Source of the DNA: Candidatus Multivorans sp.
GTDB lineage: Bacteria; Acidobacteriota; Thermoanaerobaculia; Multivoradales; Multivoraceae
Assembly: GCA_965224025.1 (NCBI GenBank)
Contig: OZ245033.1
Coordinates: 64,001 to 128,000 of the forward strand
Reading direction: 5' to 3'
DNA: 64,000 bases
Shown here: positions 57,811 through 64,000 of the stretch, in pieces
Layout: every line of letters begins with the position of its first letter
How positions within the stretch are numbered: position 1 is the stretch's first letter
Made by a program: the position numbers and the translations under genes
Notes under the pieces: model-generated
Database searches by the model: none
What the model was told of the DNA's origin: nothing
Seen by the model: the letters and a program-made list of their open reading frames with translations, nothing else

Positions 57811-58245
57811 ATGTTTGTTCTCGACACGAACGTCGTCTCCGAACTCATGCGTCCGAGACCCGAACCTGCCGTGGAGAGGTGGGTGAGTCAGCATCCCCTA
57901 TCGGGTCTCTACTTCACCGCGATCGGCGAAGCGGAGCTCCGCTACGGCGTCGCCACGATGCCGATGGGAGCACGCCGGGAAGCTCTGGCCGCCGAGATCG
58001 AAGGCGTCCTCCGCGATGACCTGCGGAATCGCGTGCTGCCCTTCGACAGTCAGGCCGCACGCAACTACGCCAAGATCGCGGCCAAACGGCGTGCAGAGGG
58101 TCGGCCGGCATCTCACGCGGATTGCCAGATCGCGGCAATCGCCAGTTCCCGGAACGCAGCGATCGTTACCAGGAACATCCGAGACTTCGAAGGAACGGGG
58201 ATCGAAGTCGTCGATCCATGGACCCACGAGGACGAAACACAATGA
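57811..58245 (+). CDS. FitB/VapC PIN-domain toxin
   Basis: Motifs LDTNVVSELMR, AELRYG, DCQIAAIA and TRNIRDF. Confidence 0.93.
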   Translation: MFVLDTNVVSELMRPRPEPAVERWVSQHPLSGLYFTAIGEAELRYGVATMPMGARREALAAEIEGVLRDDLRNRVLPFDSQAARNYAKIAAKRRAEGRPASHADCQIAAIASSRNAAIVTRNIRDFEGTGIEVVDPWTHEDETQ

Positions 58246-58361
58246 CCGCGATCACCGTCGTCACCGTCGAAGAACAGTCCCTCCTCACGGCGCGGACAAG
58301 CGCCAACTTCACCGAGATCCCGGCAAAGCGCCGGACCGACATGTACCACCTGCTCGCCTGA
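58242..58361 (+). pseudogene. 39-aa internally deleted GyrI-like gene remnant
   Basis: ATGA-coupled to the toxin. MTAITVVTVEEQ resembles a GyrI-like N-terminus and PAKRRTDMYHLLA a GyrI-like C-terminus. Confidence 0.45.
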
Positions 58362-58377
58362 CGAAAGAGGCTCTCGA

Positions 58378-59568
58378 GTGAAGGTCGACGTTCTCGTCGA
58401 CGCGTTCCGCGCTCGCTTCGACACCGAGCCCGAGGTCGTCGCCCGGGCGCCCGGACGGGTCAACCTGCTCGGCGCGCACGTCGACTACAGCGAAGGCTGG
58501 GTGCTGCCGGCGGCGATCGACCGCGCGGTGTGGGTCGCGGTGCGGCGCGCGCCGGGCGAGCGGACGCGCCTCATCGCCACCGACTTCGGCGAAGAAGCGT
58601 CATTCGCTTCCGGCGAACCCGAGCCGCCGGTCGCCGAGCGCGACGGACAGGCGTCCTGGATCGACTACCCGCGGGGCCTGGCCTGGGCGCTCAAGCAGCG
58701 TGGCATCGACGTGCCGGCGATCGACGCTGTCTTCGGCGGCGACCTGCCGATCGGCGCCGGCGTCAGTTCCTCGGCGGCCGTCGAGATGGCGTTCCTGCTC
58801 GCCTGGGAGCAGCTTGCCGGGTTCGAGCTGTCCGGCATCGAGCGGGCGCAGGTTGGACGAACCGTCGAGAACGACTACGTCGGCGTCCAGTCCGGGATCA
58901 TGGACCAGTTCGCCTCGGTGCACGGCCGCCCGGGGCACGCCCTGCTGCTCGACTGCCGCTCGCTCGAGCACGAACTGATCCCCACGCCCGACGACCTCGT
59001 CTTCCTGGTCGCCGACACCGGCGTCCGCCGAGCGCTGGCGTCGGGCACCGGCTTCAACGACCGCAAGTCCGAGTGTTTCCACGCCGCGGACCTGCTACGG
59101 CCCCACCTGCCGCGACTCTCCACGCTTCGCGACCTGGGGCCGGCGAACTTCAAGCGGCTACGACACCTTCTCGAACCGCCTCTCGATGGCCGGGCCCGCC
59201 ACGTGATGACCGAGTGTCGCCGCGTCCTGGACGGCGCCGAGGCCCTCCGCAGCGGCGACCTGAACGTGCTAGGGGAGTTGATGGGTCAGTCCCACCATAG
59301 TTCCCGCAACGACTACGACGTCAGCATCGAGGCACTCGATGTGCTCGCCGAAGCCGCCGCCGCCGCCGACGGCTGCTACGGCGCCCGGCTGACCGGGGCC
59401 GGCTTCGGCGGTTGCGTTACCGCGATCACGGCCGAGGCAGCCGCCGGACACGTGCGCGAGCAGACCGGCCTCGCCTTCGAACGGCGCTTCGGCCGCCGGC
59501 CCGAGATCCACACATGCCGCGTCGGGGACGGTGCGAGCCTCGTCGAGACCGGCACCCACCCAAGGTAG
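58378..59568 (+). CDS. galK: Galactokinase
   Basis: Motifs APGRVNLLGAHVDY, PIGAGVSSSAA, GIMDQ and GARLTGAGFGG. Confidence 0.93.
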   Translation: MKVDVLVDAFRARFDTEPEVVARAPGRVNLLGAHVDYSEGWVLPAAIDRAVWVAVRRAPGERTRLIATDFGEEASFASGEPEPPVAERDGQASWIDYPRGLAWALKQRGIDVPAIDAVFGGDLPIGAGVSSSAAVEMAFLLAWEQLAGFELSGIERAQVGRTVENDYVGVQSGIMDQFASVHGRPGHALLLDCRSLEHELIPTPDDLVFLVADTGVRRALASGTGFNDRKSECFHAADLLRPHLPRLSTLRDLGPANFKRLRHLLEPPLDGRARHVMTECRRVLDGAEALRSGDLNVLGELMGQSHHSSRNDYDVSIEALDVLAEAAAAADGCYGARLTGAGFGGCVTAITAEAAAGHVREQTGLAFERRFGRRPEIHTCRVGDGASLVETGTHPR

Positions 59569-60293
59569 TGAACTCCCGAGACCAGATCCGCGTCGGCGAC
59601 ACGACGATTCAGTTCGACGTTCGGCGCAGCCGTCGCCGGCGAAAGACGATTCAACTCACCGTCGACAGGGACGGTGTCCACGTCGCCGCGCCGGCGAGAA
59701 CTTCCGACGGGAAGGTCCGCGCCATGGTCCAGGAGCGGGCGGCCTGGATCAGAAAACAACAGGCTGCCCTCCGGAACGCCCCCGAACAGCGTTTCGCCGA
59801 CGGCAAGACGATCGCCTGGCTCGGCCGTGACGTCCTCATGGTCTTCAATCGGACGCGGGCCAGGCGAATCGCCCTACGATTCGACGGATCAGGGTTCCGC
59901 GTCTCGGTTCCGTACGACCTGCCCGACGCGGAGCATGACGAGAAGGTACGGCTTGCCTTCATCGACTGGTACCGCAACCGGGCGGCGGAACACTTGCCGG
60001 CCGTCGTCGACCGCTGGCGGCCCGAACTCGGCCGCGACGGCACGCCGAAGATCCTGATCCGCAACCAGCGCCGCCGCTGGGGAAGCTGCGCCGCCGACGG
60101 CACCTTGCGCTTCAACTGGCGCGTCATGCTGCTGGACCCGTCCCTCATCGACTACATCGTCGTGCACGAGCTGGCCCATCTGACGCACATGAACCACTCA
60201 CCGGCATTCTGGGAGCTCGTGTGCCGGACGATTCCGGACGCTCAGGACCGCCGGAAACGGCTACGGGAGACGAGCCGGGCGTTGCCGTTCTAG
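59568..60293 (+). CDS. YgjP/M48-like (SprT-type) zinc metallohydrolase
   Basis: RRWGSC, FNWR and YIVVHELAHLTHMNHSPAFW. Confidence 0.9.
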   Translation: MNSRDQIRVGDTTIQFDVRRSRRRRKTIQLTVDRDGVHVAAPARTSDGKVRAMVQERAAWIRKQQAALRNAPEQRFADGKTIAWLGRDVLMVFNRTRARRIALRFDGSGFRVSVPYDLPDAEHDEKVRLAFIDWYRNRAAEHLPAVVDRWRPELGRDGTPKILIRNQRRRWGSCAADGTLRFNWRVMLLDPSLIDYIVVHELAHLTHMNHSPAFWELVCRTIPDAQDRRKRLRETSRALPF

Positions 60294-60294
60294 C

Positions 60295-60735
60295 TCACTG
60301 GTCGACTGCTCCGAAGCAACGAACGGCTTCGAGCAGGTCTTCGCCGGGCCGGCCGAGGAAGGTCGCCCTCCAGCCCACCAGATCGGGCCGCGGCCCGAAC
60401 AGGACGATCGTGTCGCCGGACCGCTCCTCGCCGGGCACGAGCCCGCCGTCATCGACCCTCAGGCCGCGCGCCATGCCCGGCTTGAGCGCGGCGGACCGCG
60501 CTCTCAGACCGGTCGCGCCGGCGGCTCGCAGACGGCGGGCCTCCTGGCGGCAGTTCTCCCAGGTCTCGGGACCGCCGGTCAGGATGCCGAGCGGCAGTCG
60601 TGGCGTGGCGAGTTCTTCGGTTCCGATGTCGACGGCCCACAGCGTCCGCCGCACGGCCCGAAGGTCGGCGACATCGCGCGCGTTCATGGAGAAGAGGGCG
60701 CCGCGGTTCGGGGAGTGATCGGACGGCCGAGGCAC
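60295..60735 (-). pseudogene. 5'-truncated RES-domain-like gene
   Basis: RRTLWAVD..CRQEARRLRAAGATGLRARSAAL..IVLF resembles the C-terminal half of RES proteins; the 5' end abuts tandem REP-like repeats. Confidence 0.5.
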
Positions 60736-60744
60736 AGCGCCGGA

Positions 60745-60803
60745 TGCGGGCGAGACGCCCGCGTTCCCAGGTCGGGATGCGGGCAGGATGCCCGCGTTCC
60801 CAG
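60745..60803. repeat. Two tandem REP-like hairpins (family A)
   Basis: TGCGGGCGAGACGCCCGCGTTCCCAG and TGCGGGCAGGATGCCCGCGTTCCCAG. Confidence 0.88.
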
Positions 60804-60819
60804 GCCAGAACCTCCAGCC

Positions 60820-62298
60820 TTACTCCCCGTCCACGACGCCAGACCGTATCCCCCGGCCGGGCAGAGGTCCTTCGACCAGTTCGCCGTCCCGGACCACGAA
60901 CACGCCGTCGACGAGCACGTGGGGAATCCCCGCCGAGGGCACGGCCGGCTCGGCGAAGGTGGCCCGGTCGGCCACGCTCCCCGGGTCGAAGACGGTGATG
61001 TCCGCGTCCGCTCCGACCGATACCCGGCCCTTCTTGCGCATAGCCGGCGCCACCGCTTCCAGCCGGCGGGCCGGGTCCAGGGTCATCTTGCGGATCGCAG
61101 CCATCAGGCTGAGCCGTCTCTGGTCCCGGACGTACCGCCCCAGCACGCGCGCGAATGTCCCCGCGCCGCGCGGATGGGCTCGGCCGTCGATGTAGCCGAC
61201 GCCGTCGCTCGCGATCATCACCGCGGGGTGCGCGATCGCGTCCCCGAGTTCCTGCTCGGGGATGATGTGGGCGATGACGATCGCGGGCGCCGCGTCCGGA
61301 GTCTCCATTCGCCGGTGCATGAAGCCGGCCTCGTCCAGCCGCTCGCCGGTGGCGACCCATTCGATGTCGCGGTAGTGCGCGCCCATGCGCTCTCTCCAGC
61401 CCGGATCGAAGATCGCGGAGCGAATGTCCGTCGACGCGGCGGTGTACGGATAGACCTCGGTGGTCACGTCGATCCCGGCCGCGGCGGCGGTGGCGATCAT
61501 GTCGATGACCATGGGCATCTGCTCCAGGCCGGTCGAGCCGATGTGGACGATGTGAACCGAGCCGCCGGCGCCCGCGGCGTCGGCGATCATCTCCTGGACG
61601 GCGGAGATCGCGCTCTCCGGCTCCTTCATGCCCGCGTAGCGGATATGGGCGAAGACGGTGACGCCGGCTTCCGCGGCGGTCCCGAACATGCGGAAGATCT
61701 CGGTCCGCGAGGCGCCAGGCTGGTACTGGAGCGGCAGACCGACTCCGAGAGCGCCGTCGGCGAGTCCCTCCCGCAACGTTTCCTGGATGGCTTCGATCTG
61801 CTCGGGACTCGCCTCCTCGTTGCGCGCGGCCTGCTCATCTTCGCCGAACGCCAGCACCCGCGCTGCACCGTATGCCGTGGTGGCGCCGAAGTGGATGCGC
61901 CAGGAACCCTCGCGCTCCTCGTACCACTCGTCGACGGGAAACGCCCCGCCCTCGAGCTCGAACGCCGCGGTCACGCCGTCGCGCACCTGCAGGTCGCGGC
62001 TGAAGGGATCGTGGCCGTGGGCATGCAGATCGATGAACCCGGGGGCCACCACGAGTCCCGAGACGTCGACGACCTCGGTTCCGTCCAGAGGCTCTGGCGA
62101 GATGGCTGCGACCGTGCCGCCATCGATCCCGACGTCCATCACGGCCTCGAGACCCGACTCCGGATCCATGACGCGGCCGCCGCGAAGCACCAGGTCGTAC
62201 TGGACCGGCTCGGGCGCGCAGGCGATCAGCAGCAGAACCACGAACGGAAACGCGAGCGCGGACCGCCTGGCGCGCAGCCAAAGCCAATCAGACTGCAT
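60820..62298 (-). CDS. Amidohydrolase (D-aminoacylase-like) lipoprotein
   Basis: Lipobox LLIAC; APGFIDLHAH, TTEVYPY, ASDG, HPRGAGTF and KGRVSVGADADI. Confidence 0.88.
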   Translation of the reverse strand: MQSDWLWLRARRSALAFPFVVLLLIACAPEPVQYDLVLRGGRVMDPESGLEAVMDVGIDGGTVAAISPEPLDGTEVVDVSGLVVAPGFIDLHAHGHDPFSRDLQVRDGVTAAFELEGGAFPVDEWYEEREGSWRIHFGATTAYGAARVLAFGEDEQAARNEEASPEQIEAIQETLREGLADGALGVGLPLQYQPGASRTEIFRMFGTAAEAGVTVFAHIRYAGMKEPESAISAVQEMIADAAGAGGSVHIVHIGSTGLEQMPMVIDMIATAAAAGIDVTTEVYPYTAASTDIRSAIFDPGWRERMGAHYRDIEWVATGERLDEAGFMHRRMETPDAAPAIVIAHIIPEQELGDAIAHPAVMIASDGVGYIDGRAHPRGAGTFARVLGRYVRDQRRLSLMAAIRKMTLDPARRLEAVAPAMRKKGRVSVGADADITVFDPGSVADRATFAEPAVPSAGIPHVLVDGVFVVRDGELVEGPLPGRGIRSGVVDGE

Positions 62299-64000
62299 CG
62301 AGAGCCTCCTCCATCGCGGCCTCGGCAGGGGGCTCGGGCGGCGGCTTCACACCGTGAACGGCGATCTGGGACCGGAAGTCGTTCAGGATCGCGTAGAGCG
62401 ACGGCACGAGCAACAGCGTGATCGCCGTCGCGAACAGGACGCCGAAGGCCAGCGAGACGGCCATCGGCACCAGGAACTGAGCCTGGAAGCTCCGCTCCAG
62501 GAGCAGCGGCAGCAGGCCGACGAAGGTGGTCAGAGACGTCAGAACGATGGGTCGGAAGCGGGCGGCGCCCGCATCCCGGATCGCTTCGTGGACCCTCATG
62601 CCGGCCGCAAGCCTCCGGTTGATGAAGTCGACCATGACCAGGGAATCGTTGACGACGACGCCGGTCAGGGCGATCAGGCCGAGCAGCGAGAGCATGGTCA
62701 GGTTGAGTCCGACCACCCGGTGGCCGATCACGGCGCCGATCAGGCCGAACGGGATCGCGCTCATCACGATCATGGGCTGCAGATAGGAACGGAACGGAAT
62801 CGCCAGCAGGGCGTAGATGACGATCAGCGCCACCCCCAGCGCTTCGAACAGCCCCTCGAAGGTCTGACGCTGCTCCTCCTGTTCGCCCGCGAACGAGGAG
62901 TTGATCCCGGGGTAGCCGGCCAGTAGTTCGGGCAGCACGTTGGCCCGGAGGTCGCCGACGACTTCGTTCGCGGTCACCACCGCCGGATCGACGTCCGCCG
63001 TGATGTTCAGCACCCGCCGCCGGTCGATCCGTTGAATGGTCGCGAAGCCGCGGCCGAAGTCAGCACGGCCGGCGAACGAAAACGGAACCTCGGCCCCGGT
63101 CGGCGTCCGGATCCGCATGTCTTCGAGCGACGCCAGGGTCTCCCGCTCCTCCAGCGGGTAGCGCACCATGACCCGCACGTCGTCGCGCCCGCGCTGGATC
63201 CGCTGCGCTTCGGCGCCGTAGAAGCCCTGCCGTACCTGGCGGCCGAGGGCCTCGAGGCTCAGGCCCAGGGATTCCGCCCGCGGGTCGAGCTCCAGCCGGA
63301 TCTCCCGCTTGCCGGCCCGGAAGGAGTCCGAGATATCGAACACGCCGGGATAGTCGGCCAGCCGGGCCTTGATCTCCTCCCCCGCCGCCCTAAGCTCATT
63401 GAGATTCGTCCCCGTGAGTTGCACATCGACCGCCGCGCCGAAGCTGACCAGACTCGCCGTGTACTCGACCTGGACCGCGTCGGGCACGATGCCCACCTTG
63501 TCGCGCCACAGCCGAACGACCTCGGTGGCCCGAATCGTCCGCTCCCGGGACGACTGGAGTTCAACGTTCACCTCACCCTGGTGCGGCGCCGCGACCGCCA
63601 CCTGAAAGGCGGCCGTCGGCCCGCTCTGCTGCTGCAGCGCCGCGTAGGGCTGCGAGCCGACGGTCGCCATCACGTGGCGAAACACGTCGCCGTGGCCCTC
63701 GCTCCGCAGTTCCTCCGAGAGTTCGAAGGCCGCCGCCTCGATGCGCGTGACCGCCGCGAGAGTCGTCTCCGCCGGCGTCCCCTGGGGCATGGTCAACAGC
63801 ACGACCGCGTTGTCCGCCTCGACGTCCGGGAAGAACTCGAACTTCATCCGACCGGAAAAGATGTACCCGGCCGTGATCAGGAACACGGCCACCGCGATCG
63901 CCACGGTCGAATACCGGTACTCGAGCGCCCGCTCGATCAGGGGCCGGTAGCCGCGTTCGATCACCCACTTCATCCGATTGCTGAAGAAGCCCTGGAAGAT
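62288..64000 (-). CDS. RND efflux transporter permease (AcrB family), 5' part beyond the window
   Basis: Motifs IPFGLIG, GVVVNDSLV, RFRPIVLTSLTT and PMAVSLAFG. Confidence 0.92.
   Translation of the reverse strand: MFQGFFSNRMKWVIERGYRPLIERALEYRYSTVAIAVAVFLITAGYIFSGRMKFEFFPDVEADNAVVLLTMPQGTPAETTLAAVTRIEAAAFELSEELRSEGHGDVFRHVMATVGSQPYAALQQQSGPTAAFQVAVAAPHQGEVNVELQSSRERTIRATEVVRLWRDKVGIVPDAVQVEYTASLVSFGAAVDVQLTGTNLNELRAAGEEIKARLADYPGVFDISDSFRAGKREIRLELDPRAESLGLSLEALGRQVRQGFYGAEAQRIQRGRDDVRVMVRYPLEERETLASLEDMRIRTPTGAEVPFSFAGRADFGRGFATIQRIDRRRVLNITADVDPAVVTANEVVGDLRANVLPELLAGYPGINSSFAGEQEEQRQTFEGLFEALGVALIVIYALLAIPFRSYLQPMIVMSAIPFGLIGAVIGHRVVGLNLTMLSLLGLIALTGVVVNDSLVMVDFINRRLAAGMRVHEAIRDAGAARFRPIVLTSLTTFVGLLPLLLERSFQAQFLVPMAVSLAFGVLFATAITLLLVPSLYAILNDFRSQIAVHGVKPPPEPPAEAAMEEALDAV

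Noticed and set aside
60745-60803. CRISPR array (also considered at 14123-14173)
   Set aside because: Only two adjacent units with no spacers and no cas genes; these are dispersed REP-like repeats.

Overview
GC-rich (roughly 70% by eye) bacterial chromosome segment. The tandem GWxTD-like/VWA proteins and the secreted-protein architecture suggest Acidobacteriota (Thermoanaerobaculia-like); this is an inference. The core is housekeeping: apgM-type mutase, maf, iscS-mnmA, rsmI, slt, prfA-prmC, hydA plus beta-ureidopropionase, a sigma-54 two-component system, comF, tRNA-Sec, tRNA-Ala, moeA, pilC, holB-tmk, an SSS transporter, recD2, GH20, galK and a partial RND pump. Accessory material includes an N-truncated 1232-aa defence-like protein fused head-to-head to a truncated small gene, an IS1634-family element, an IS110-family element whose left end looks like a bridge RNA with guides matching both junctions, two VapBC-type TA pairs and several gene remnants. 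Four families of palindromic repeats are present, several read through in-frame inside genes. The best candidate for an undescribed system is a three-gene cluster at 41740-45922: a glutaminase-less asparagine-synthetase-like ligase, a RaSEA-like radical SAM enzyme split by a +1 frameshift at a C6 run, and a flavin-dependent halogenase-like enzyme. All family assignments are from motif recognition by eye; no searches were run.
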